This document shows, in pieces, positions 43,286 through 59,297 of a stretch of 64,000 nt of DNA; within the stretch, counting starts at the first letter, position 1; each line of letters begins with the position of its first letter. The position numbers and the translations under genes were made by a program. Source of the stretch: the human T2T-CHM13v2.0 reference genome, Homo sapiens; NCBI RefSeq assembly GCF_009914755.1, contig NC_060929.1; one strand, given 5' to 3'. The notes under the pieces are model-generated. The model searched no databases. It was given only the letters and a program-made list of their open reading frames with translations, and had not been told where the DNA came from.

Positions 43286-44591
43286 GGAGAGCTTTTAATG
43301 TTTATTTCACATCCCAATTCATTTTCATACATGGTGAAAGGTGTTTTAGGAGCTAATTGCCCTGGGGAAGGTACTCACCCAAGGCTCAGTGGAGAGCTTG
43401 GCTGGGCAAAAAGCCTTAGGAGGGAAATGGGCAATTAATCCCCAAGGAAATTGCCCAGGGTAATCGCACTGTGCAGAGAGGGAAGAGAGATGGCTTTAGA
43501 CTCAGGAACCATACCTTATTTAAAAGGGAAGTACCTTATGTAAGAAGAGGGGGTTAAAGCTAAAATCTAGTGTCCAAGCTAGGATCTGAAAGATAAAAGC
43601 CACCTTCACTGCCAATATGTTCCTGTTTAAGCCTCCTCCTTAGATTTTTCTAACACGGAGCTGGGGGTGGTGAGTTTTTGAAGGGTAGTTTCCCTAGTTA
43701 CAAAGACCCACTCTTCTTAGTCCTAGGAGTGACTCATGGCAAATGCTAAATGTGTCTGCACGTGTGTGTTTGTGCAAGTGCATTTGTGCACACGCTAAGC
43801 ATTTGAAACAAGTCTTACAGATATCTACGAGATCATAGAGTTACAATTATCTTGGAAAGCTCATTGGCAACCAAGAACCTAAAACATGTCCCAACCTTTG
43901 TCTCAATATCTCTACCTCCAAGATTGTTTCCGCATGATGTTATCAGAAATGTGAAATAAGTTTTTACCGAAAATTTTCCATCACTACGTGATAAACCCCC
44001 AGTGAACATTGGAAACTACCTAATGTCCAAATATAGAAAATGATTAAGTTAACTGATTCCAGACGCATGATGAAATACCTTACGGTTATTAAAATTCTAT
44101 TTAGGGAGAGCTGGTAATCACCAAGAGGGTAACCAGACACAAAATTGAAATTACAGGATGATTACAACGGTAGCAACAACAAAACCTTATACGCAGAAAA
44201 ATATGGTGGAAGGAAATCCAAAATAATGGTAAGCAGTTATTTTCAGGGGACAGAAACAAAATACAAATATTTTTCCTCTCTACTTTTCTGGAAAGAATTT
44301 TCCCAAACTATCAAAAATGATGTAAGTATTTTAAAAAATTGTAGAAAAGTAGGTGAATACAAATACACATAAGGAAAGCAAAAATAGCGATGTGTAGTGT
44401 CATGGGACAGGAGAGTCAGGAGGGAAACTGAGGCACAGAAAGGAGTACCACTTGTTGAGCCCTTTTATGGTTTACATATCTCAACACTGGGTAGCTAGCG
44501 GGTTCCAAGCCAGGGGTTATGTGCAGTTCTGTCTATTTTAAGTCTGTGCTTGTATTAGTTCATTTTCACGCTGCTATAAAGAACTACCTGA

Positions 44592-45136
<545 letters not shown>

Positions 45137-45505
45137 GAGACTGGGTAATTTATAAAGGAAAGAGGTTGAATTGACTCATTGTTCAGCATGGCTAGGGAGG
45201 CTTCAGGATATTTACAGTTATGGTGGAAGGCAAAAGGGAAGCAAGGAACCTTCTTCACATGGCAGCAGGAAGGAGAAATGCTAGGTGAAGGGAGAAGAGC
45301 CTGTTATAAAACCACCAGATCTCGTGAGAACTTGCTATCACCAGAACAGCATGGGGAAAACCACCCCCATGATTCAAGGACCTCCACCTGGTCTCCCCCT
45401 TGGCTTATGGGGATTATGAGGATTACAATTGAAGATGAGATTTGGGTGGGGACACAAGGCCTAGCCATATCAGTGCTCTTCCTGAGATGGAGCAGCGACC
45501 ACATT

Positions 45506-46245
45506 TTAAGGGCCTGCAGCCCCCCACCACCAAGCATGGAAATAAAGCAAAATTTTGAGTTCCTTCAAGGGAAATTCCAGGCACCTAGCTAGCTGTGAGA
45601 AGTAAATGAGCAACTTAATAAGCAAGTAGGTAATAGTAGCTTAAAACAGCAGCCAAGAAAGTTAGTCAGGAGATGTTTTGTTCACTGTAGAAACTAAAGA
45701 TAACATCTTAACATATGTCCCTGAGTTGTTTTTCAGAAACCTGGACCCCCACCAAACAGATCCGCTGGCATGTAGGCCTCAGAGAAGGGGGAGCTGGGGA
45801 CTGAACTCGGACCACCGTTCTGTGTTCTAAATTTCTTCCTGAGGGACTTGGAGGAGGTCACACCCACAAGCCAGAGCCAATACTCTTTTCTGCTGATCCC
45901 AAATTTTTAGACAAAGCTTCACCTCCTTAACCAATCACAAATCAGATAATCTTTGAGTCCACCCATGACCTGTGGGCCCCTACTTCATGATGCTCCACTT
46001 TTTTAGGTCAAACCGATGTATAGTCTCCGTGTACAGATTTATGACTTTGCCTGTAACCTCTGCCTTTCTGCCTTTGAAACCTTTACCTGTAAGCCATCGG
46101 AGAGTTCCGGTCTTAGGCACGAGCTGCCTGATTCTCCTTGCTTGGTGCCCTGCAATACGTGCCTCGCTTTCTCTGGTTGCAATCCCAATGTCAGTGTTTC
46201 ATTTTGCTGCACTGGGTGAGGGGACCCCAGTTTGATTCGTTAACG
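45506..46245 (+). mobile_element. Solo ERV1 LTR, subfamily unresolved
   Basis: caagcatggaaataaag...ccaatcacaaatcag...gtaagccatcgg...ccagtttgattcgttaac, U3-R-U5-like layout. Confidence 0.65.
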
Positions 46246-46272
46246 TAATCCACTGACCACCAGCCTCCAGAT

Positions 46273-46302
46273 TATCATCATCATCATTATCATCACCATC
46301 AT
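46273..46302 (+). repeat. (ATC)n imperfect microsatellite
   Basis: Direct reading. Confidence 0.8.
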
Positions 46303-46479
46303 CCTTCATTTCCTCAATTCCAAGACACTTTCTTCCCAACATTTTAACATTTCTGCAATCAGGATACTTCCCGCAATTGATATGGCAGCTTTATTTTTTT
46401 CTTTCCCAAATCTACTTAAACCAATGGTTCAATTACAATCAATGCTATCATAGAATCAAGGAAATATTATGATTGCTAC

Positions 46480-46660
46480 ATTTTATTGAGTACTTAAGTG
46501 CCAGGGACTTTGCATAAATTCCCCAATTCCCTGTAGCAACTCTCAGAAGGAAACATTTTATGTACTACTTTACATATGAAAACCGTCACCCTGAAAAATG
46601 AGTACATGCCCCAAGGCCACCTAGGAGGTAAATGCCTAAGTCTGGACTTGATCCTCTATG
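46480..46660 (-). mobile_element. MIR fragment
   Basis: tttattgagtacttaagtgccaggg...tgccccaaggccac. Confidence 0.6.
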
Positions 46661-46899
46661 CGTCATGCACTCTGCTGTGTCTCCAAAGCATTCCTTTTCT
46701 GCAACTCCACTGCCTTCATCTGCACCTTCACCTTCCCTAGTACCTGATTCCCCCGCCACAGAGGGAGTTCCCACCTCTCCCTCACCCACTCATCTAAGAG
46801 CAGAGCAGTTCTCTGCAGATATTAAGTAAGTACTTCTAAACTGAGTCATCTAATCTTCTTCTAGGCGACCACCTATCCTTCACTGTCAGGTCCTTTGTT

Positions 46900-47200
46900 T
46901 CCTGTAGAGTTGACTCCATTCCTGCTTTCATAGACAAATGCCTCAAGTCTGGCCAACCAAATATCATATTCTCTTAGTCATGGTGATTGGGTCAGACGTG
47001 GGCAACAGACTCCTGAAAAGCAAATGAGATATGCTTTGACCCTTCCTGAGAATTTAAGAAATCTACTAAGGCTCTTCCCACCTAGAGAGGAATAAGAGAG
47101 AGAGTGGAAGAGCTGGAGCTGCAGCAGCCATCTTGTGACATGAGGCCTGGTCACAAAGTCAACACTGAGGAAGTTGAGAAGGGAAGAGAAAGAAACTGGG
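46900..47200 (+). mobile_element. Old MLT1 LTR fragment
   Basis: gtgattgggtcag...ggagctgcagcagccatcttgtgacatgagg. Confidence 0.55.
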
Positions 47201-47202
47201 TC

Positions 47203-47559
<357 letters not shown>

Positions 47560-48029
47560 TTATCCCAGCTCTGCTGGTTTAGGTAAGATCTTCTGTGCTG
47601 AAAACTCTTCAACAAGTCCTCAGAGTCTAGCAATGACGTCCAAATTCCACCATTTGGCATCCAAGGTCTCCCTGACGTAGTTTCAACCTGCAATTTCAGT
47701 TTCTAGGCTCCTCAAATCTTCCTGTAATCCTGTGCTTCAGTTGCTTTATATCCCTTGCCCTTCAGCAATAGACCCATCATTTTCCTTCTTAGAAGTTTTT
47801 GTATATGCTGTGCTTTCTGTCTCAAATGACATTCCCTGCCCACCCCACAACCCCACCACTGCCACATTGGAATAAAACTCTCTAACAGTCTTAGATGTCC
47901 AAAAAAAGTGAGTTCCCGTCACTAGGGGTATCACAGGGGGATGAAAGGCCTTCAGAAGGGATGTTACAGAGATAATTCAAAGTATCAAATAGGGTTTGGT
48001 TCACCTCATGGTTTCTGTGGTCTGGAGTC

Positions 48030-48202
48030 AATGACCACCTGTGTCAGAATCACCAGGGGGTGATGGTTAAAATGCAGATTCAAACATCTAAATTTCACCC
48101 TAGACTTATAGAATCAGAATCTCTGGGGATGGGCCCAGGGAATCTACCTCTTTATCAAGATCTTCAGGTGATTCTAATGCTTGTGAACACTTGAGAACCC
48201 CT
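48030..48202. mobile_element. MER5 MITE
   Basis: cagaatcacc...aaaatgcagatt...gaatcagaatctctgggg...aggtgattctaatgc. Confidence 0.8.
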
Positions 48203-48609
48203 AGCCTAGAAGAAAGTTGAGTCCCTTGAGCCCGGCAATCTTACAAAGTCTGGGTTTTTATCAAAGTTCTCAACTTCCTTTCCTGCCACTTGACTTATCT
48301 TGGAAATTTTTGACTTCTCTCTCTTTTCCCTATGGAGTCTAATCCTTGAAAATTATTTCTATTGTGCTGCTTCAGGTAGGAGAGGTGTTTATTGTAAACA
48401 CTTAATTAATGGAACTCTGTTGCCTCACCTATTCCCTGCAATACTTTGTGTGCATGTCACATGCACTCTTAGTACCATAAAAAGAGTTGTGCCCAGTGCT
48501 TCTCCCAGAATGGAGTGTGTAAATTTGTTTAATGCAAATCAAGTCTCCACACTTTCCCCTGTACTACTCCTTCTGCCACAGATGCCATTGATTTCTGCAT
48601 TCCTTTAAC

Positions 48610-50250
48610 ACACATTCATCAAACACCTGCTATGTGTTGGCCATCAGCTGGGTGCTAGGAATACTGATATTTTAAAAACAGTCAATCTCTGTCCTCAAGG
48701 AGCTCAGTCTACCAAGAGAGATGGTTACAGAAATAATCCAGCAAATGCAAAAACTGAGATATGTGCTATTCATTCATTGTTCATTCATTCACTTATTTGT
48801 TTGCAAAAAAGAAATATTTGAGCACACACTACATGCAGGGTGGTGGTGATACAGTGATGGACAAACAGACAAGACCTTTCTCTGCTGGAGCCCTCATCAT
48901 AATAGAAGACAGACACCCATCAAGTGAACAGATGAATGCAATGACAACTGGCAGCAGGATCTGCAATGAAGAAAATAAGACTGGACAATGTGAGAGACTG
49001 GCTTGAAGTGGAGGAAAGGGTACCTGGTATGACCAAGATGGTCTTCACTAAGGAGAAGACCTTTGAGTTGAGCCCCCGATCCAGAATGATGAAAAGGAGT
49101 CACCAAAAAAACATGGGGCAGAAGTACAGGACAGGTCCTAAGATGACCTTGGCCAACTCAGCTCTTTCCCCTCTTGCTTGTAATTCTTGAGCAGAATGTA
49201 CCGAGAATATAACATCCTGAGATAAGGAGGAAAAGTCCAGAACAACCTGGCCTGCATCTACATTCATCCTAGAACAGGATGTCCTGCAATGCTTGAGCTC
49301 AGAGACCCCAGGCACACCCAGGGTATATAAACCCAGGGTGGAGTGCCTTGGGTTTTCTCGACTATGATGCAAAATGGGGCATGCACAGATGCCACTACAC
49401 CTTCTCTGGGTCTCCCGAGGGCTCACGCTTTCCTGAGCCTTAGGAGACTGGCTCACCACGAATATTAGGCTTCTGTCTGTCCTTGCTGCCTATCCCTGAG
49501 TAATAACTCTGCTTTGCCTAATTTATGCAAGTGTTCTGTCTCACTGGTCTCATGCAAATGGCAGAGATCCTGGGGTTCCTTTGTCCCTCGCAATAGTCTA
49601 CATGGTGTTAGGACTGCTGCAGCAGGTGGGTCTACTCCAGGCCCTGCCAGACCTAAGAACCTTTATAAGAAGAACACCCCAGGCAGATGGACCTGCCAGT
49701 GCAAAGACCCTGAGAAGTTCTGTGGGTTCCAAGCACAGAAAGGACAGTCAGCTGAGGGTTAGACACAGAGAAGAGAGGTAGGAGGTGAAGACAGAGAAGT
49801 GAGAAGAGGCCAAATGGAGCTAGATATTCAGGTTGCAGTGGGAAATCTGAATTGTTATCTCACTTGCAATGGGTGCCTTAGAAGGGTTTTAAGCAGAGGA
49901 GTATATAGGGGAGTAGAGTTTAAGATTGGGTTTAAGAAGCTACTGCAGATCCCAGGTGAGAGACGATGCCTCAGTCTAGGTTGATGGAGTCAATGTGAGG
50001 TCAAGGATGTGTTCCAAATGGAACTGGGGGTGGAATCAACAGGACTGGTGGATGGATAGGGGTTAGTCTGGTGGAGAGAGGACCAAGGAGAGAGATGACA
50101 ACCCACTTGAGCGAAAGGCTGGATGGTGATATATATCATTACTAAGATGGGGTAGAAGTGGCTGGTTGGGGGGACAGGAGAGTGGGAATGGAGATACGTG
50201 GTTTGGATGTGTAGTAGACACTCGAGTGGCCATGTTAGTGAGGCAGTTCA
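48610..50250 (-). mobile_element. L2 fragments interrupted by an LTR
   Basis: attcattcattgttcattcattc...gggttttaagcagagg...ttactaagatgggg. Confidence 0.7.
49123..49570 (+). mobile_element. MER74-like ERVL LTR
   Basis: aacatcctgagataaggagg...cctagaacaggatgtcctgcaa...gggtatataaacccaggg. Confidence 0.65.
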
Positions 50251-50254
50251 ATAT

Positions 50255-50681
50255 TGTCTTAGTCTGTCTTGAGTTGCTACAAAGGAACACCTGAGACTGG
50301 ATAATTTATAAAGAAAAGAGGTTTATTTGGCTCACAGTTCTGCAGACTATACAAGAAGCACAGTGCTTGCATCTGCTTCTGGTAAGGGCTTCGGGAAACT
50401 TCCAATCATGGCAAAAGGGGAAGGGGAAGAGGCATCACATGGCAAGGGAGGAAGGGAGAAAAAGAGAGAGAGGAGATGCCAGGCTCTTTTTAACTATCAG
50501 ATCTTTCAGGCACTAATAGAGGCAAGAGGTCACTCATTACCTTGAGGATGAGGATGGCACCATGATGTTCATGAAGGATCCACCCCCATGACCTAAACAC
50601 CTCCCACTAGGCCCCATCCCCAACACTGGGGATCAAATTTCAACGTGAGACTTTTAGGGGACAAATATCCAAACTATATCA
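50255..50681 (-). mobile_element. MST-family MaLR LTR
   Basis: tgtcttagtctg...gaggtttatttggctcacagttctgcag...atccaaactatatca. Confidence 0.85.
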
Positions 50682-51180
50682 GTGTACAAGTTTGGAGGTC
50701 TATGGAGAGCTCAGAGAGGAAACTGTAATATGGAGGTCATGGCATTTGGCTCTGACAGAGGGATGGCCATGGGTCGTGGTCTTGACAGGGAGGAAAGATG
50801 GATTCTTCCTCAGTGGGATGGAGAGAAAGGTGCTTCCCACCTACTACTGTACCACGTAAGACTGTGAGCAAGAGAAACCCACTCTGGCTACTGAGCTGCT
50901 CATAGACCCTAAAAAGGATTCTTGGCTGAGATTCCAGAAGGAAAGAACCCAGGTAGGGCCTGAATCTCAGCAGTAGAAATTCCAGGGCAGTTTGGGGATG
51001 TCAAGGCTGCAACTGCCTTCTGCCCTTGTAAGATGCCATGGCAAATTGAGATTTTCAGGTGTAAGGTCTGAAGGACCCACATCTTGCCTGTGATGTGGGG
51101 GTGGGGGGAACAGCTGGTTCCATCACGACCTTGTGGGATGGGGGATGGGAGGGGAGTTGTCAATGAAAACCTGGGTGCTA

Positions 51181-51475
<295 letters not shown>

Positions 51476-52302
51476 AACCTGGGTGCTATTATCAAAGAAG
51501 GGAGAAAGGGAAGCTGGTCAGGCAAGATCAACAGATATCTATCACATCTGGCCTGCCAGCTCAAAGTTCAAATTCCCTCCGAAGATTTCTGTGACCTTCA
51601 CAAATGAACTTAATGGCTCCCCCTCTGTGCTCCCAATCTCTGACTTGCAGGCAGTGGCAGGCTTGTCTATCCACCACCCTCCACCCCACCGGACTGTGAG
51701 CACACCAAGGTTGGAAATGCACTCCTAGTCATCAGCGAAACCCCAGTAGCTCCCACACAGCATGGCATATAATTGGAACTCAGTACAATTTTTTGTTACT
51801 TTGAATGTGGTGTCATCCGTTGAAGATAATCTGGATCACAACCCTCAAACTTTCTCTAATGTATCATTCTGTATTCATTTTAAAGTCCAGGGCGAGCTGA
51901 GTGACAAATTACAGAGATTTTTCCCAAATGCCTTTCAAGTCACACAGCCAAATCAGTTCAGCAAATTATATGTAATCAACGAGGAAATCAATAAGGACTG
52001 CAAGTGCATTAAAGAGTTTAGCAGATTCATTATGTATTTAGCACATTCCGTCCAATTTGCAGGAAGTTCAGAGAAAAACAGGCTTTAGCATGTAAACAGT
52101 GCTTCTGATTGACTCTTTGGAGAAGCAGCAGCAGTGGCACAGCCTTCTGAGGTGAAGGCAGATCAGGAGAACAGGCCGCCTCCCACCCCTCTAGCCCAGA
52201 CAGCCCATGCCAATTCCATAAGGCAGGGGTTTCATCTCCAAAGGCAATGACAGCAATCTCAAAGGCTCTTTCTGCTTGGAAATTCTACAGCAGAGGATAT
52301 AT

Positions 52303-52842
52303 GGGAGGAGAGGGAGGGAAGAAGGAAGGAGGAAGTGGGGGAGAAAGGAAGGGAGGGAGGGAGAGGGAAGGAGAGTAGGGAAGAAGAGAGAAAGGAAGGG
52401 AGGAAGAAAGGAAGGGAGGAATGAAGGAGAGAGGGAGGGAAGAAGGAAGGGACAGATAGGGAGGGAAGTGGGAGGGGAGGAGAAAAGGAGGAGGGAAGAA
52501 GGAAGGAAGAAGGGAGGGAGGAGGGAAGGAAGTAGGGAGGGAGGAAGAAAGAAAGGGGGGGGGAAGAAGAAAGAGAGGGAGGGAGGGGGAAGGAAAATAG
52601 GGAGGAAGGGAGGGAGGAAAGAAAGAGGGAGGGAAGAAGGAAAGGAGAAAGGAAGAAAGAAGAAAGGCAGGAAGGAAGGAGGGAGGGAAGAAGGAATGGA
52701 GAAAAGGAAGACAGAAAGGAGGTAGGGAGGGTAGGAGGCAGCAAGGAAGGAGGGAAGGAGGGAGAAAGAAAGGAAAGAGGAAGGAAAGGACGGAAGGAGG
52801 AAGGGAGAGCAGGAGGAAAGAAGGGTGAGAGGGAGGGAGGAA
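52303..52842 (+). repeat. About 540-bp polypurine (GGAA/GGGA/GAAG) tract
   Basis: Almost exclusively G/A on the plus strand. Confidence 0.95.
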
Positions 52843-54809
52843 TAACTCCTCAGGATCTTTCCTTTCCCTCCATTTCTAAGCCGCCTCCTGTCTCTGTAAA
52901 GTGATCATTTACAAATTCATTCGGCAGACCTTGACTGAGCCCTTGTTCTCTCTGTGCCAGGTCACTTGCCAAGTTCTGGGGCATGAGCCAAATCAGACCT
53001 GGACCTGCCTTCAAGTAGCTCACAGCCTGGTGGGGGGTGACAGACTCAGCCACGGCATAGCCTCAACCCAAGTGGAGGCTCTGACAGCCCCTGCTTGAGG
53101 TGGAAGAAGAAGGGACATTTGAGGAGGGCCCTGAGGACTGATGCGGGGTTGCTAAAGGTGACATCTCACAGGGAGACAAACATCCTCAAAGACACAGAGA
53201 CAAAGTATGTTTGGGGAATGACAAGTAAATTGATGTCATCGGAGTGTTAAGTCCAGTGGGAGGACTGCACAGGGCAGTGTTTCTGGCAGACAAGTTTGCG
53301 GGGGGTGGGGGGGTGTCTCAGGTTCAATTCCCTTTTATTACAGACTCAATCAATGCAGCCCCTAGAAAAGTGATTTGCCCACAGGCACCCAGCACCTGAA
53401 AGAGGCTGAATGTGACCTCTGGCCATCAGCCCCAGTCCTTCATGAATTCCCCTCCACAACAGGTGCCTCAGTTACCTCTGGCCATAAATCTTCCTACGCT
53501 CCAATTCCTGAATTGAGTTGAGAAGTGGCACCACTTTGGGAAACTAATTGGGGAAGTCATTATAATTCCCTTTTATTGACTTGGAATAAACAACATCGAA
53601 GACTAATTCACGCTGGCAAGGATGTAGCCTGCACACCTGCACTCATTTTCCGCTCCTGTGGCAGACATCACTAATCAATCCCAGCATTCTTCCCCACTGA
53701 TTTCTTAACCCACTCCAGGCAGCCAATTAAAAAAGACAGTCACTTAGCCAAAAGCCACATGCCTTCTCCACACAAGCATTCAAATCTGCAGGCTGTTACC
53801 ATGGGTCAAGCTGTGAAATAAGGGAAAAAGAGCAAGTGTCCAGCTCAAATTATAAGAAGCTAAAGAGGATCCCAAACAGTCGCCGAGTGCTAAACAGACA
53901 GCAGTGATGCACTATTTAGCATCAGACACAAGCTTCTGATTTCGTAGTTGCTGCTTGCATTAGGCCTTCTATCACTCCTTCAGCAACAGAAAACCAACTC
54001 TAATTAACTTTAGCAGAAAAAGAATCTGCTGGCACATTACGTCTGGGGAAGACCTGGCTTTGGGGTCTGACTGCATCCAGGGACTCACTGGGTGTCATCT
54101 GGACTTTTCCTTGATCTCTTTCCTCTCAAGCCTGCTTTCCCCTACACTGGCTTCCTTCCCAGGCAGAATTTCCCTTCGTGGAGAGAAGCTGGCCCCCAGC
54201 TTGCAGCCCCACATCTCCCAGCCAAGGGGGAGAATGCCTCTCTTCCCGGTGGTTTCAACCAAAGGCCTGGTCCTGGCTCTCATTGTCCTCATCTGACTCA
54301 TGGAGGGACCCAAGCCACAGGCACTTCGTGTGGGAAAAGGGCTCCTCCCAGGAAAGGGGAAGTGATAATACCAGAGGAGAGGAAATACCATAGACACCAA
54401 TAGTGTTTTGATGACATAAAACAGCTAACATCCATTACACTAATGACTGCCCACTTTATAGGGTAAGGAAACCGGAATGAAAGAGTAAAGCAGCTTGACC
54501 AGGGTGGAGTGAGGAATGGAGCATGGTGTGACTCATTCTCTTCTCTCTATGCTTGCTGTTCCCCCACCCCCACCTAAGTGAAAGAGAGTTAAGAGAAAGG
54601 CCCTCCCTGCAGCCCAGGGTTAGTCTTGCATGCAGAAGACACCCTGGCGGTAGTTTTCTCCAAACTGCCTATGGTACCAGAACCCGGCACGGCCTAGCAG
54701 CCTCTGCATGAAAGGTCTTCTACTGCTTCCCCACCTTCTTTAGAGGGCCAAGAGGAGCAGGTCCCTGGCCTGTGCTCCTAACTGCAGGGCTGACATGACA
54801 CAGCCACTC

Positions 54810-54975
54810 CCAAGCCCTGGTGTACAGCAGGATCACCCAGGGAGTCTGCTGAGATGCAAAGTCCTTGGGCCCCTGCTGAAAGTTTGGTTCTGTAGCTTTG
54901 GAATGGGCCCTAGGAGTTGACTGTTTAAACAGGCTCCCTGGGCAGTGTGGATGCAGGTGGCCTCCAGAGCACACT
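54810..54975. mobile_element. MER5 MITE
   Basis: ggatcacccaggg...tgggccctaggag...tttaaacaggctccc. Confidence 0.6.
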
Positions 54976-55224
54976 TAGGTGCTCAGGAAGGGACGGCTCA
55001 AGGCTTCTGGTGGCTGACTCTGTCTTCCTAGAGTCCTGAAGGTGCCAATGCAGATTAATGATAACCTGTAATAGATAGCCCAATATGGAGAGCTGCTCTG
55101 TGATCCCCCTCACCGCCTCACCAGTGGCCAGCACTGATGGAGCCAGGAGGGGTTAGCAACCTGAGGTCAGCTCTTCTGAAAGCAGGTGATCTGGGCACAT
55201 CAGAGACTCCCTTAAAAAGGCTGA

Positions 55225-55371
55225 GCCAGGCATGGTGATGCATGCCTGTAATCCCAGCCGCTCCTGGGGCTATGTCAAGAGGATCACCGAGCCCAGGAGT
55301 TCCAGGCTGCTGTGAGCCGTGATTACATCACTATGCTCCAGCCTGGGAGGCAGAGTGAGACTCTGTCTAAA

Positions 55372-55418
<47 letters not shown>
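55225..55418 (+). mobile_element. FRAM/Alu right monomer with an (AAT)16 tail
   Basis: Monomeric Alu followed by a perfect AAT array at 55371-55418. Confidence 0.88.
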
Positions 55419-55421
<3 letters not shown>

Positions 55422-55739
55422 AAGAATTTTTTTAAAAAAGGGGCTGGAGTGAGGGTAATGGACTAGACATCCACAGGGTTCCTGCAGACAACCTGAGGGA
55501 GTGGAGAGGATGGAGAGCAAGGCCCCACCTAAAGGGACAACTACTGAGTTTCAGCCAAAAACTGCCATGTGGAATGTGGGGTTGTCAGGTCTGAGTTTTC
55601 CAGAGCAGCCAGAAATCTACACTTATTTTTATGTAGTCTCATAACATTTAAGTGTCTAATGTTTTTAAAAATTCAAAATTGTCAAGGCCAATCACAATAT
55701 ATCTGCAGGCTGGCTGGATTCAAACCACAGTCTGGGGTT

Positions 55740-56598
<859 letters not shown>

Positions 56599-56989
56599 TA
56601 GAGAATCATTTTTAAAACGGAAGCTCATGACTGTGACACAAATATAAAATGAATACATGTCCAAAATCATATTTAGCTCATTAATAATGAGAGAACCAAT
56701 AACCAATAAGTATAACAGGTTCAAAGGAGAATCTAAGGAACAGACCCTTGAATAAGCAATCAGGAATGTTGAAATGAAGTTGTTAGCAAATGCAGGTCTG
56801 ACCTTCCACAGGGCAGAAATCAATTGAGTCTCCACAGCAAAGTTCATTCGTGTCACTATGGACAGAGTCATTTGCTTCAATGTCAGTTTTCTACAACTTG
56901 CAGAGTTGTAACTAACTCAATCAAAGACCATGAAAAGCACCGACTCCTATAGAATCAAATAATCCTGAAGAGTCTACAAGACAACATTA

Positions 56990-57286
56990 TTATTATTTTT
57001 GTTTTTTTGAGACAGAGTCTCACTTTGTCGCCAGGCTGGAGTGCAGTGGCGTGATCTCGGCTCACTGCAACCTCCACCTCCCGGGTCAAGCGATTCTCCT
57101 GCCTCAGCCTCCCGAGTAGCTGGGATTACAGGCATGAGTCACCAAGCCCAGCTAATTTTTGTATTTTCAGTAGAGACGGGGTTTCACCATGTTAGCCAAG
57201 ATGGTCTCGATCTCCTGACCTTGTGATTCACCTGCCTTGGCCTCCCAAAGTGCTGGGATTACAGGTGTGAGCCACCACGCCCGGCC
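56990..57286 (-). mobile_element. Alu (AluSc-like)
   Basis: TSD gacaacattatt. Confidence 0.95.
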
Positions 57287-57437
57287 TGACAACATTATTT
57301 CTAAACCCAACAATTCTTCACTATTCTCTGAACATCCCTGGCTACTGAAGGATAGGAGTGTCTCATGTTCCCAGGGACATTCATCCACAACTCCCGCACA
57401 ATTGCCCCTGACTTTCCTGTCTCAAAAAGTACCCAGA

Positions 57438-57573
57438 GCCGGGTGCAGTGGTTCATGTCTGTAATGCCAGCACTTTGGGAGGCTGGGGGGGAGGGGGCGG
57501 ATCACCTGAGGTCAGGAGTTTGAGAGCAGCCTGGCCAACATGGTGAAACCCTGTCTCAAAAAAAAAAAAAAAA
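57438..57573 (+). mobile_element. Alu left monomer
   Basis: TSD aaaaagtacccaga. Confidence 0.9.
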
Positions 57574-58647
57574 GTACCCAGAAAAGTTTTTCCAACTGAA
57601 CTGGAGTTTGAAGGAGGATTAGGAGCTCTCCAGGCAAAGACTGTTCTAGACTAGTGGCAGCACTTACTGGAATCACCTGAGGAGCTGCTAAAAATATGCA
57701 GGCCCAGCCTTGCCCTGAATTTACTGAATATGCTGCATTTGCAGTACAGACACAGTGTTTTTACTGAGATTGCATGTGGTGTGACAAGACTGTGGGTGGC
57801 TGATGGAGATGTGGGAGCAGATACTTAAGATGCCCTCCACCCACTCCCCTCCACCTACTCCCCACCCTCTTCCAGCCACCCCTTGGCACCATCACTGCTG
57901 GTTCATAGTCCCATACATTTAGTTTGCAAAAACACCCCTGGTGATTCTGCTATTTGGATCCCACTTCTGCCACCCCACCCCACCCCACCTCCAGATACCT
58001 CTCAATTTCTCTGTTCCCCTTGGCAGGCATGTTCCTGCTGACCATGCTTGTGGCTTCCGATTCTCCCATTCACTTTAAACCCAGTTCAGTCAGGCTTTTC
58101 CCCCAACTCCACACCAAAGCTGTTCTTGTCAAAGTCACCAATGACTCCACATCAACAGATCCCAGGTGGGGGCCCAGTTCTCCTCTTGCAAAGCCCTCAG
58201 CTGTGTTGAGCATCACCCCTACCTCCTAAAAACACTGCCCTTCCTGGCTCCATACCCTGCTCTCCTGGTCCCTCCTAGCCCTCTGATCTCTCCTCTCAGC
58301 CTCTTTTGCTCTAAGGATTTTCTTTCCTTCTCTCTAAATGTTCTTGTGCCTCGGGGCTCAGTCCTTGGTGACTTCTTCTCTGCCAACACTCTCTTCCCTA
58401 GAGCTCCCAGCCAGATTTGAGGCTTTAAATGTCATCTGTCTGACAACTCTCGAGTTGACGTCTTCAGAGCACTTTTCTGAACTCCCGCTTCAAGTCTAAC
58501 TTCCTACTTACCATCTCTCCTTGGTCATCTGATAGACAAACTTAAGATGTCTAAACCTAACTCAGATCTTCCCTCGAAACACTGTTCCACCCACAACCTT
58601 CCCTGTCTCCATTTCTAGCGACCCCCTTCTTCCACCAACTCAGATGA

Positions 58648-59297
<650 letters not shown>

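Noticed and set aside
52259-52744. 161-aa S/P/L/F-rich and 149-aa G/R/E/K-rich ORFs
   Set aside because: Stop-free by composition of the polypurine tract.
56640-56985. Possible unclassified LTR fragment
   Set aside because: I could not assign ends or family with confidence.
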